Shown one piece after another: positions 11,360-30,473 of a stretch of DNA of 64,000 nt (positions within the stretch are counted from its first letter, which is position 1; each line of letters begins with the position of its first letter). Under the pieces are notes generated by a model. It saw nothing but the letters and a program-made list of their open reading frames with translations. It had not been told where the DNA came from and searched no databases. Position numbers and translations under genes: made by a program. Origin of the DNA: an uncultured Candidatus Peribacteria bacterium (lineage in GTDB: Bacteria > Patescibacteriota > Gracilibacteria > Absconditabacterales > Absconditicoccaceae); assembly GCA_964542965.1 (NCBI GenBank), contig CAZIVH010000002.1:487-64486 (forward strand), given 5' to 3'.

Positions 11360-12715
11360 ATGAAAGCTTTTCAGACCTTCTATTTCACATGATATACCTT
11401 TGATCCCAAATCCCTCAAAGCATCTTTTTTTTATTCATTTGATAAGGAAGTCTCATTTACAGAAACTATAGATTTTGCCTGCCCCGGATTTCAACCTATC
11501 AATGATCTGGATCCTGAAGTTATTCATACCCTCCTTTTCCATCTTTCCTTGGCGCTCGGTATCAGCTATTATAAGCTTTATCCCACCAAAGATCTCGTCA
11601 TAGAGACCGGATCGCTCAATGAAGACCAGAGAATCTTTTGGAAAACCTTCTATACCCAATGACTCGGTGAATTTTTCTTTAGGAATCAGATTTCTCCCAA
11701 AGAACTCCTCAATTTTGTCAATGGCACTCTACCCGCCCCTCAGAAATTATTTTCCTGCAGTTCAAACACTCCTATGATCGCTTTGGGATGAGGAAAAGAT
11801 AGTATCGTAAGCGTCGAACTTATCAAAAAGCTCAATATCCCTTTCTATACCTCTACATTTGGCAAAGATTACTACCTTCACCAAGTGGTCGGCGAGAAGA
11901 TTTGAGCTCCCAGACTCCTCATGCAAAGGACCATGGATCCTCAGCTCTTTGCCATGAATGAACAAGGATATTACAATGGCCATGTACCTATCAGCGGCAT
12001 CATCGCTTTTGTTCTCACGACGGCAGCATATCTGTACGATTATCGCTATATTATCATGTCCAACGAAAAAAGCGCCAACGAAGGGAATACCTTCATGGAT
12101 GGTATAGAAATCAATCATCAACGGAGCAAAAGCTATCAATTCGAATCAGATTTTTCTTTGTATCTCAAAAGATATATCTCTCCTGATCTCGTATATTTCA
12201 GTCTCCTCAGAGGCATGTACGAACTCATGATCGCCAGGCTTTTTTCCAAATATCCGCAATATTTCACCACTTTCAGCAGCTGCAACAACAATTTCAAGAT
12301 CATAGAAAAAAATAAGACCACTGATCATCGTCGATGCGGACATTGTCCGAAATGCGCATTCGTCTATTCGACACTAAGACCATTTATCAGTGACGAAGAT
12401 ACCCAAAAAATCTTTGGCCAAGAACTCTATGACAATGCCGGACTTATCCCGCTCTACAAGGAACTGCTCGGTATCGATGGCATCAAGCCATTTGAATGCG
12501 TGGGGACGAACGAAGAGGTGACCTATGCCATGTATCTCCATTATGAAAATATCAAAACCAGATCAGAGCTCCCTCCGATCATGGAATTCTTCAAAAGAAC
12601 CGTATTGCCTACCCTCTCATCAGACGACCTTATCGCCCTCAAAGAGAAACTTTTGAGAAGATATCAAGAAGAGACTAATATACCACAGATATTCCACGCA
12701 ATTTTACCTGAATAG
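11360..12715 (+). CDS. PP-loop ATP pyrophosphatase superfamily protein, divergent from murD (possible MurL-like epimerase)
   Basis: ATG 11360 is in frame with track ORF 11921-12715. Lines 11341-11881 checked: 4 TGA, no TAA/TAG. Motif NTPMIALG-[TGA 11789-11791]-GKDSIVS matches the PP-loop SGGxDS. Later RRCGHCPKCAFVY cysteine cluster. Confidence 0.6.
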
Positions 12716-12897
12716 CGTTCATAATCGTACAAAAAAAACCTATTCTTGAGTATCTAAATACCTTATATTACATATTAAATATATTTTCATAACACTGTCA
12801 ACTTAATATAGAAGAGAAGACGGTGTTTTTTTGATTATTTATAGGCCGGGGTTATAATAGTAACGTACAATATTTCTTTACTGTTTGAACTCCAGCA

Positions 12898-15648
12898 ATG
12901 ATCAAGACACTCACGAAACACTACCACAACCTCTCAGGTCTCAAGAAATTCTTCTTTGGGATTGCCTTTCTTTTGGGAGTATTCACAACAACACTCCTGT
13001 TTTCCCAGGCAAACACCATACCATTTGAGGATGACCTTCCTACCATTTTTTCGTCATGGTTCAATTCTGGATATTATTCCAACACCCGGTTCAAATACGG
13101 AGGAAATAATTTCGTCGGCATTGTTTTTCGACAAAACAAAGAGCCGCTTTCCTTGCCGGAAGATGTACTCATCAATAGCTGAGCACAGCATATTCAATGC
13201 TATAGCCGTCTAAGAGGCATATATTACAACAACCAAAGAGGATGGAGAATCCGACCATTAGATACGGGAAATCTTGCAATTTTGAGTTGATCCGCATTAG
13301 CTTCAGGATACGATACCATGACTATGAGTGGTTGATTATACACTGATTGCATATGAATTACTTGATATACGCCTCAGTCCAATCAAGTCTATGGACAGAT
13401 CACCCATTCGCTCTATGGATTAACTTATCATATGTTTGCTTGAGTTGCTTATGACTTTACGGGAAATCACATCATCAGTTGAAGCACATTTTCTCCGACT
13501 TTGATTATCGGTACAGGAGGCATTCATCATGGATATATTTTCGATACCGATGGAGGAATCGCTGAACTCAGCATGACTGCTCCACGATGCGAATACTTTG
13601 CCATGACTCCAGTAAATACCATTTCTGAATGAGATGACGTAAATTTCACCTGTTCTGCAATAAATGTTTCCGGGTATCGTCTTCAATTCTTCCTTTCAGG
13701 ATCTAGTTCTCCTTTTGCAGAAGACTTTAGCAATCGGAATGCCACTCCTGGAATGCGAGCAACCGGGAACGCACTACCTCAAGGACAATACCGAGTGACA
13801 TGCACTCCTAGAGATGCGGTATGATGATTACTCCCTCAATGTGGTGATCAGCTATTGCTTACCGTAATAGGATCAGGCACCACTCCTTCAGGAAGTTGAT
13901 GTAATCCTGATTTCCAATGAGAGATCACTTTTGCGGCATTATCAGGAAGTATCGTATTTCAATCACCACTCTACCTGGGAACCTACTATACCAACAAAAC
14001 AGGTATCAAACTTCAATGGGCAGCTACCGAACCGAATACCATCAATATCTCATGAGATTTCATAGGATCTCCTATCACATGATCATATACAGGAACAGAT
14101 TTTTACAACCATATTGGTATGACGCCTATTACGCTTAGCTGAACCAATATGCGAAATAATTTCAACAGCACCTATACTGTCAACAATGGATCAGGAACCT
14201 GCACCTATACAGATGCTATGAAAAGGGTGTATGTAGATACTACTCCTCCTACCGCCCCTGTCGTCACCGTTCCATGAAGTGGTGCCGGTATATGCCCTAC
14301 GACAGGAATCACTATCACACGAACAGCATCTACTGACGGCTTGGGATCTCAACTCTCTCATTACAGTTATGAAATCTATACGAATAGCGGAATGACTGTA
14401 TCATGATTATTGCTTAGCGGGAATGTTCCCGCAGGGACTACTACCATAAACATTCCACAATTTACCTATTTCCCGTTAGGAACCTATTATATCAGAGTGA
14501 ATGCTGTAGATAATGTAGGATTGAGCACTTCTTCAATTACCTCAAGTTTTACTACTTCTCAGCAATACTGTGCAGGAACTACTGGTGTCGTTATCGTCAC
14601 TCCTACTCTATGGCTCAGAAACGTAAATCTTGATACTGCTTATAGATCAGATCCTATTCGAATCCTCGGATTGACTGGACCTACATTGGTAAGCGTATCC
14701 AAAGGCATGCTCTTCATCGATTCGGGATTACAGACAGGGACAAACACCAGTAACCAAACAGGGGTGGGAACAACCGGCATAATAACATCAAACGACACTC
14801 TCTATATAGAGTTGATCTCTAGCGATGAATATGACACTACCGTGACCTCTGAATTGCGTGTTGCCTGAATGACGGGAACATTCTCTGTCACAACCAAAAA
14901 AAGCAGCTGTACCCTAAGTACCGCAGAAAAGCTTATGATCCAGAATATCTATGAAGATATCAAAGATGAATACAACAATGATATGTCCAAACTCGCCGAG
15001 TTTTTGAACACCTTTAGAAATATGGTAGAAGACGAATTAGAGCTTAGCGATAGTTGCACACTGGAATATCTTCTTTCCCTCATTGAAGATGAATATGACG
15101 TAGATGGTATCGATACCAGCAAACACATCTGTCCTAACTGCAAGGAATATAGTATAGCGTATGATTATGATCAAAGAGCATACTACGCTCCCGAGATGAT
15201 GAACAGATATTACTTCATCAATCGTGAATCACTCATCAGACATCTCGATTACTATAATCCTGGAGATTGTCACGTCAACACCTACAATACTAACACTCGG
15301 TCACAATCTTCAGACCCTATGACTCACATTGCACCTAACGGCAAGATCTATCATCTCGTAGGACAATACGGTGGATTCTCCGCTACGGAATTCGCTACAC
15401 CGAAATATTTCGATTCGCTTTCGAACATCATCCAATATATCAATCTAAAAAACCCTCCAAAAACCATTTGGGATCATCATCTCGATGTAACGTTTATGCC
15501 TATCGTCTATGCAGCACCTAACGGAAAAGAATATAAGATAAGGAAAGCCACTAATCTTTGATTTTTCTCCTACAGACTCATGAAAGTACAATACTTCTCT
15601 AGCCTATCAGCATTAAAAAGCTTCATCGACAAAAATAATCCACGATAA
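12898..15648 (+). CDS. Giant cell-surface protein A (916 aa), N-terminal signal anchor, Ig/FN3-like middle, shared C-terminal module
   Basis: Track ORFs 12898-13182, 14410-14868 and 14869-15561 share frame 1. Every line from 13141 to 14401 checked: only TGA (about 25). Has a TTPPTAPVVTVP linker. C-terminal 230 aa are paralogous to protein B. Confidence 0.75.
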
Positions 15649-15686
15649 TCAATAGCTAAGATCATTATTTACCCATTAGTATCATT

Positions 15687-18600
15687 ATGATGAAATCACC
15701 ATTCCACCACATCAGACACGCACAGGAGCTCTTTGATCACTTCCATAGGAACGTGCATCATGCTTTTGTCATATTCGTGCTGGCAATGATAGGTATGTTG
15801 CGATGAGTCTCTCATATCCTTACCCCAACTTCGGCAAGCCGACAACGATGAGGATTTATCACAAGCGATTTCCGGGATCAAAATCCGACTAACGAAAACA
15901 TCACCTATGCTTTATTTGGCGATGGAACTCCAGGATCTACGGCTTATACAAGATTACGGGATTCTAGTTGTATCCCTACTAATGTGCAAATATTACCTTC
16001 GAACTTTTCATGATGAGTAGGGAATACCAATACTATATATATCCTCAATCCATGAACGTATACGATTACTACCTCTATTTCTTCAAATACTTGTTCAGCA
16101 TTGATTGGGAGAGGCGACGTATACTTAAGGCCTGCAAGTGGTAGTGTTGTTCCTGTGTCAATAGGACATTCTAATGTCATCATCGACAACATCAAAATCA
16201 ACGGAAACAATCAAACCTATACAGGTATGACTGTGGGTCATTTGCAGAACGTAACAATAAATAATATCGATATCTATCAAAGCTTATGACAAGGTTTGTA
16301 TACAAACAGTCAAATGGCTAATGTAGCATTACATAATTCTCGTATTTATAATAATACTAATTGAATTTTACTTCAAGCTAATTTATCATTAGGTCTTACT
16401 TCTAATCCTTCCTATATAACTATCAATAATTCACATATATACAACAATACTAATTGAATTCAGGCATACAATTATAAAGCAGAAAATATGAGCATCAACA
16501 ACAGTCAGATTTATAATAATGGTTACGGAATAATTTTTGGACATTATGTTTCTATGCCGTGTGTTGCTCTGACTACATCATATCCCACAACAAGAGATTA
16601 TAATAATAGCATCAATAATTCTGCTATCTATAACAATGGATATGGCATTTACACATACAATTGTTACGAGTTAGATGACTGATCTACCACAAGTTATACA
16701 TACACATATAATCTCAACAATACGTATATTTATAACAACACTTATTGAATCTGGGCATGAGTACCGCATATGCCTTACTATTGAACACTTAAGTTTTTTT
16801 CCAATAGTAACAATACGTGAGGAACAGCTATTTTAACACCATGAGCATGATCACCTATTCGAAGTGACTGAATACTAGATGACTCATCTGCTACTATAGA
16901 TTATGACTATGTAACCAATCCACAAAACGGTAGTTGATTACGATTGCTTAGTTGAAACCTACTATCACTAAGATGAGTAAGAGCATTTAATGCCGTATTG
17001 AAACCCATTAGATATATTTTTGGATTACATATCCCTAAACAAGGAACTCCCGTATGGTATAATAATAGCATACTGACAACATATGGCAGCAATCAATCTG
17101 ACTATTTCACAACAAGGTATATCGCAGAACCAGAATCCGCTTTATCTATTCCAGATCAATCTATAGTAAATCAATATTTTGGTTCTGGATCGATATACAC
17201 CCAAAATCGGTCAACCAATGGATGTTCACTCTCTGCATTCCAAGTAAAAACACTCAATCCATGAACATTCAATAATACGAACAATACCTTTGAAGATCAT
17301 ACCATATATATTCTCAGTGGCGGAGAGTATAAATCTGCTGCCACCTGAAATGCTTTTGTCTTCAATGGAAACTGCATAGCGTTGGTCGGTGCCGATGATA
17401 CAATATTCACCAAACTTGTAGCAACTAACATGTTGTATGCAAATAATAAGCGCAACATCATCCTTGATAATATCAAAATAGATTGAACTCACATAGTCGT
17501 TTGAAGCACTATGCTTCCCAACAACAGCGTCGTAACAGCAATCAAATTTGACGGGACTACCAATAACAATACCATCAACGATGTTCAAGCATACAATACC
17601 GCTGCATATGGAATCTATCTCGGACTTGGATCGCATCATAACACGCTGATGAACGTCCAAACATTCAATAACAATGAAGCAGGTATCCATCTCTATTATG
17701 CATCCAATTACAATGTCATAAACAATACTCAAAGCTACAATAATTGATCCTACGGAATACGGTTCGCTAACGGATCAAGCAGGAATACGATGAACAACTT
17801 CCAAACCTACAACAACGGAATCGGGCTTTTCTGAGACTTGACGACCCAAGAGAATATCCTCAATAGAGCTGTTATCTACAATAATAGCGATGCAGGGATC
17901 TATTTCAAAAACTCTTCCGGGAACATACTCAACGATGTAAGGATATACAACAATACCATAGGAATCAGAACACTCTATAGTTCTCCTGGAAACAAATATT
18001 ATGGAGAGCTCCAAATGTTTGCTAACGCAAACGGTAACTTTGAAGGCACCACAGGCAACGATATATCTTTTGCCCCATGAAGTTCAGCGCTTTTCTCTCT
18101 TCCAGGAACCTTGAATACCGGAGGGACTATGTCGTGTCTCTATGCGACCAACCCTACTCTTTCATGAACTACGCTCTTAAATAGTTCATGTTCAAACACC
18201 GGTCATAATATCGCTTGATTCATCTCTCCATATAATAGAAATGTAAATTACGCATTCGGATTACATATCTACAAACAAGCGCTACCAAAAAGATACGAAA
18301 CCGGAGGAGCATTGACGTCGATCCCATCACAATACGATGCCAACAAATATATCGCCGAAGTATTCGCTATCTGGGATGATGAGCCAGAAGGAGTATATTT
18401 TGATTCTACATGAGCTGCAGAGTTGAATACGCGATATAGCACGAATATCTATACTGCCGGAGTCTTGAATATTGCTATCCCTATCACCTTGACCCTTAGC
18501 CCATCAACCGCTACCGGATATCTTGTCATCAGCTGAACAAGCGTATGAACCACAGGGATGATAAGTAATGGAGATACTATACAAGTTAAGGTATTGAGCG

Positions 18601-20396
18601 CTACCGGATACAATAAAACAATTACCGGAACCTTGACGATCGGATCGATAGTAACATGATTTACCGTCACTACAAGAGGCATTAATCAGTTACCGACTAC
18701 GGGTTCGTTCGCATTCACCAATATGACAAGCATACCATTGAACACTATAACCGGTGGCTCTACTATAGTATCGGGCCTAGAAACCGGTGTCTACGCAGCC
18801 ATCAATTTCTTGCCAACCACAACAACAGGACGATTGGAAATCTACTCATGAGGTATCTTCATCAATTCATGAACAACAGGATTATTAGTCAATAACGGAA
18901 ATAGGATTCTTGCGCTCGCTCAGAGCAGTTCAGGATATGCTCAGACAGTCACAGGAAACGTTACGATATGACTAGGAGCATGATCATTCACGATTACGAC
19001 CAAATGATCGGACACCACTCCTCCTACCATACCTACCCTCACTTACCCTATGAGTTGAGAGGAAATGTTCTTTATTACCTTTGAATGGGCTGCTAGTACA
19101 GACACAGGAGCATGAATCGCATGATATGAATATCAAATAGCTGAAGACATGAACTTCCTCGATATCATCAACACTGGATTCATCGCTACAACTACGACAT
19201 GAACAGCATGATCGCCAAATACCTCATTCGACGAGACTTCATGACTCTACTACCGAAGGATCAGAGCAAAGGATAGGGATGATAACGTATCCAGCCGAAG
19301 CAACACCTGAATGTTTGAAGTCACTGCATTCGATTGACGGGAATTCGCTGAGCAAACAAACGCCAATCTAAGAACATATTATGAATCAGATGAAATCACC
19401 CTGGAAGGCATCAAAGCTGGCATTTCTGTATGGGCAAGCGTCGATAATGACGGAACCATCTACAAGAACGGAACCGACAGATGAACAGGCGTATACGTAC
19501 AGAATGACGATGAACTCTACCTCTCTGTCAGATCTAGCAATAATTATGATAGAACCATCTCTGCAACACTCAAAATAGCGAATAGGATATTGGATTTTGA
19601 CGTCACCACAAAAGATGAATCAGATGACGGATGTACGCTCACTTCAGACGATGAAGAGACCATACAGACAATCTTCGATAGTCTAGTCAACAACTATTCT
19701 TGAGACGAGGATAGATATGATGAATTCTTGACTACCATGCAGAGCATGTTGGAAGACGAGATAGATTTCACGAACGATTGCAATCTCGAATATCTTCAGA
19801 ATCTCATCGAAGAAGAGCTGGGGATCCCTACATGATGAAATACAGGATGATGAACTATTTCTACCTGATCACATATTGCGCCTAACTGCAAGGAATATGC
19901 AATTACCTACGACGCAGCTATCATGGGATACACATCTCCTAATCTCAGCATAACTACGTTCTTCGCTAACCGCGATTCGCTCACGAGATATATCGATAGC
20001 AAGAACCCTGGTGATTGTCATATCAATACCTACGGTGTCGCATCACGAGCATTCACCAACACTGATCCAAATAAGCATATTGCTCCAAACGGAAAGATCT
20101 ATTTCATCACCATGGAAGCCGGCAAATACACTTCAAGCAACTTTATCTACAGGAAATATTTCACTACACTCGCTGAATTGCGCACCTATATCGACAGGAA
20201 TAACATCACAAGCCAAGTCCGAAGTCATCAAGTAGATACGAGTTTCACTCCACAAACCTTCACTGCCCCTAATATGAAGGAATATAAGATCTACAAGACT
20301 GATAGATGATATATGTCATACAAGCTCATGAAAGTTCAGTACTTCTCTAGCTTGACGGACATCCAATCTTATATCAACAGGAATAATCCGAGATAA
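15687..20396 (+). CDS. Giant cell-surface protein B (1569 aa) with parallel beta-helix (PbH1-like) repeats and shared C-terminal module
   Basis: Track ORFs 16101-16289, 16488-16682, 16998-17264, 17511-17747, 17838-18080 and 19923-20309 share frame 0. All 79 sequence lines checked: about 53 TGA, no TAA/TAG. Repeats of the type NNSxIYNNxxxGI. N-terminal TM segment FVIFVLAMIGML. Confidence 0.8.
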
Positions 20397-20422
20397 TTTC
20401 TCATTTTCAATTTCTCATTTCT

Positions 20423-20456
20423 AAAAAAAACCTGGCTATGATCGCCGGGTTTTTTT
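20423..20456. terminator. Bidirectional terminator between surface protein B and nusB
   Basis: aaaaaaaaCCTGGCtatgatcGCCGGGttttttt. Confidence 0.55.
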
Positions 20457-20473
20457 CATATTTCTGCAATGAA

Positions 20474-21010
20474 TTAATTCACTATCTTGTGCATGATACC
20501 GTTAATAAGCTTAGGTGCTCATTCGTCTGAATAACGCTTTGCGAGCTCTATCATTTCATTGAGCAGCACTTCTTTGGGTGTATCTAATTCTTTCCATTCT
20601 GTATATCATAGCAAGAATATCGCTTGGTCCAACGGATCCATCTGTTCATAATCGAACGTCTGAATATGCTCGTCAACTTTAGCTTTCACTTCATCCATAT
20701 ATTTCGTGAAATGGATGCCAACCTTGGAAATATAATCGAAATCGATATCTTCTGCCTTCCGTTCATCGAAGAAACAGTCGACAAATTCTTTGAAATCCTC
20801 TAAGCTATAAATCTGAACATGCGTTTGGATCTTTTCCTTGAGCTTCTCTTTTTCCTTATCGTACATACCCTCGTCAGTCTTGAAGATATAATCGATAAAA
20901 AGCGACTCCGTAAGCACTTTTTCCTGTCTAAGCAGATTAACAAAAAAACAATGCTGATACAAATAGGAAAGTACTATTTTTCTCGCATTGATTCTTTGTT
21001 TGATATTCAT
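20474..21010 (-). CDS. nusB: Transcription antitermination factor NusB
   Basis: Track ORF 20606-21010 continues through TGA: ...DQAIFLL-G-YTEWKELDTPKEVLLNEMIELAKRYSDE-G-APKLINGIMHKIVN, the conserved NusB C-terminus. Confidence 0.8.
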
Positions 21011-21047
21011 GATGGGAAAATAAGGAACTAAAGATCTACTTCATTAT

Positions 21048-21115
21048 GATTGAAATATGCAAGGATTGAAATATTGAAAGATTATTTTTCCATTTCTCCA
21101 TTTTCAATTCTCCAC
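21048..21115. repeat. Heptad/octad-arm inverted repeat (ATTGAAA flavour), no core
   Basis: gattgaaatatgcaaggattgaaatattgaaagatt / tttttccatttctccattttcaattctccac. Fills most of the nusB-rpmF spacer. Confidence 0.55.
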
Positions 21116-21118
21116 ATA

Positions 21119-21349
21119 TTACGCGTCGACTACCTTGTCCTTTGTTTTGCTCTTGATGGTCAAAACCTGTTTTCCTTTGTAATATCCGCATACTGGACAT
21201 ACTCTGTGAGAAAGCTTTTTAGCTCCACAGTTCTTGCACACAGAAATCTTGTAGGTATCTACCATCCTCTGAATATTTAACCCTTCCCATGTTGAATGCC
21301 TCTGGCGTCCTTTCGCTTGGGAAATTTTCTTTTTTGGTCCGATTGTCAT
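21119..21349 (-). CDS. rpmF: 50S ribosomal protein L32
   Basis: 76-aa ORF with CKNCGAKKLSHRVCPVCGYYKG zinc ribbon typical of L32. Confidence 0.85.
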   Translation of the reverse strand: MTIGPKKKISQAKGRQRHSTWEGLNIQRMVDTYKISVCKNCGAKKLSHRVCPVCGYYKGKQVLTIKSKTKDKVVDA

Positions 21350-21353
21350 AACT

Positions 21354-21437
21354 AACGATGAATTGATAAAATGATGAGGCGATGAAACGACCTACCGATA
21401 AAGCATTTAAGCATTTATTCGTTTAGTCGTTTAATCT
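21354..21437. repeat. Heptad-arm inverted repeat (GATGAAACGAC / GTCGTTTAATC flavour)
   Basis: aacgatgaattgataaaatgatgaggcgatgaaacgac ... atttattcgtttagtcgtttaatc. Fills the rpmF-rpmA spacer. Confidence 0.5.
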
Positions 21438-21438
21438 A

Positions 21439-21711
21439 TTATTTTACATCAACTACTGTCTTGAGGTATTTTCTTCCGTCAAATCTTCCTACTTTTTTCT
21501 GTTTGAAGGTAACGGTTCCATCTACTTTTGCATGAACAGAGAAATCACTACCCAAATAGGTGTTTTTTCCACATTCATATTTAGATCCTTTCTGTCTGAT
21601 GATAATATTGCCTGCGACAGCTTTCTGTCCTCCAAAAACCTTGACTCAACGATACTTTGGCTTCGAATCCCTGAGGTTTTTTGCCGATCAACCGGCTTTT
21701 TTGTGTGCCAT
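21439..21711 (-). CDS. rpmA: 50S ribosomal protein L27
   Basis: MAHKKAG-[TGA 21688-21690]-SAKNLRDSKPKYR-[TGA]-VKVFGGQKAVAGNIIIRQKGSKYECGKN...; both TGA lie on conserved L27 glycines. Absent from the standard-code track. Confidence 0.85.
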
Positions 21712-21792
21712 TGTAAATTATAACTAACGAGTAAAATACGTAACATAATTCAGCGGGGTTGTATATATGGATTTCCCTACTGTTTTCAAGCT

Positions 21793-25611
<3,819 letters not shown>

Positions 25612-25647
25612 ACGCCGATGTTTAGTAAGAAAATAAACGACTTAACT

Positions 25648-25725
25648 ATTGGGACATGGGACTAGGTATTTGGAATGTGGAAATTTTTCTATTCCTTTGC
25701 CCCTTGTCCCTTGTTCCTTGTTCCT
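25648..25725. repeat. Heptad-arm inverted repeat (GGGACAT / CCTTGTC flavour) in the rpoB-rpoC spacer
   Basis: attgggacatgggactaggtatttggaatgtggaaa ... ctattcctttgccccttgtcccttgttccttgttcc. Contains TAGGTATTTG, which resembles the 5' end of the conserved core. Confidence 0.5.
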
Positions 25726-25730
25726 ATGTA

Positions 25731-29522
<3,792 letters not shown>

Positions 29523-29624
29523 ACGATTATCTGTGATAAGAAAATAAACAATGAATATTAATCTATGCGTTGGTATTCAAACATTTTCTTCATCCAAAAA
29601 CAAAAAAATTCAAAAACCGTAGGG

Positions 29625-29780
29625 TTACGATCTTTGAACAGTCAATTGTTTTCTGCCTTTTCTTCTCCTTCTGCTCAGCAACGCCCTTCATCCGGCTGTT
29701 TGCATTCTTTCTCTGAATCCATGTTTGGTTATTCTCTTCCTTCGAGAATATTTTCTCACCCTTCTTAATTTACTAGCCAT
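29625..29780 (-). CDS. rpmH: 50S ribosomal protein L34
   Basis: MASKLRRVRKYSRRKRITKHGFRERMQTAG-[TGA 29688-29690]-RALLSRRRRKGRKQLTVQRS. Too short for, and split in, the standard-code track. Confidence 0.85.
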
Positions 29781-29820
29781 CGTAGTATACTGTTAAATGG
29801 TAAATTCCTTTTTGGTATCA

Positions 29821-29877
29821 GGTAGAAGGTGAAAGGTAGAAGGCCTCGTCCCTTATCCCTGTTTATTTATCCCTTAT
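29821..29877. repeat. Heptad arms (GGTAGAA/GGTGAAA vs CCCTTAT) between rpmH and the S6/S18 gene
   Basis: ggtagaaggtgaaaggtagaagg cctcgt cccttatccctgtttatttatcccttatt. Confidence 0.4.
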
Positions 29878-29879
29878 TA

Positions 29880-30446
29880 TTATTTCTTATATTCCACGAA
29901 TCCGAGTTCTCTCGCTCTCAACACAACAGTCTTAAGCTTTTTCTGTGTGGATACTGGATTATTTGTATATGCCCTTGGTTTGATATCACCAAACCTTGTT
30001 ATATATTTTTTGAGCATCGCTACTGACTTTCGGTTAAGATATTTTTCATTTTTCTTGTCAGCGAAAAAAGCAACCTTTTGTCAAAGTTTCTTAGGATCCC
30101 GTGAGTCTATGATGGTTTTGAGTTCATCATTTACCTTTGCAAACTTCAAAAACTCTTCGTTCTTATCCATCTTGAAGATGTAATATCTCTTGATTGCCTT
30201 ATTATACAACAAATTCTTTTTGATTACATCCAAATCTTCGGCTTCTGCCTGAATATAATATGAATACACATATGCCTTGTCATTTCAAGACTTATTGCTC
30301 AAATTATACATTAGTTGCTGGAGTCCCATATCGTCCTGATCGACGATAGTTTTCTTGATGAGCTTTTCAAATTCAGAAACCGTTTCTTTGCGGTTAGTCT
30401 CTGATAAAGACGCATCAACCAACAACACTACATCATACTTTTGCAT
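29880..30446 (-). CDS. rpsF/rpsR: Fused 30S ribosomal proteins S6 (N-terminal) and S18 (C-terminal), 188 aa
   Basis: Hand translation: MQKYDVVLLVDASLSETNRKETVSEFEKLIKK...GLQQLMYNLSNKS-G-NDKAYVYSYYIQAEAEDLDVIKKNLLYNKAIKRYYIFKMD (S6-like). Then ...DPKKL-[TGA 30081-30083]-QKVAFFADKKNEKYLNRKSVAMLKKYITRFGDIKPRAYTNNPVSTQKKLKTVVLRARELGFVEYKK (S18-like). One frame; no ATG is available for a separate S18. Confidence 0.7.
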
Positions 30447-30473
30447 GAGTTTACTTATGTAAGGTAGTAAAAA

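Noticed and set aside
19381-19578. Track ORF MNQMKSPWKASK... inside the surface protein B region.
   Set aside because: It is in a different frame from the verified continuous 4710-nt ORF.
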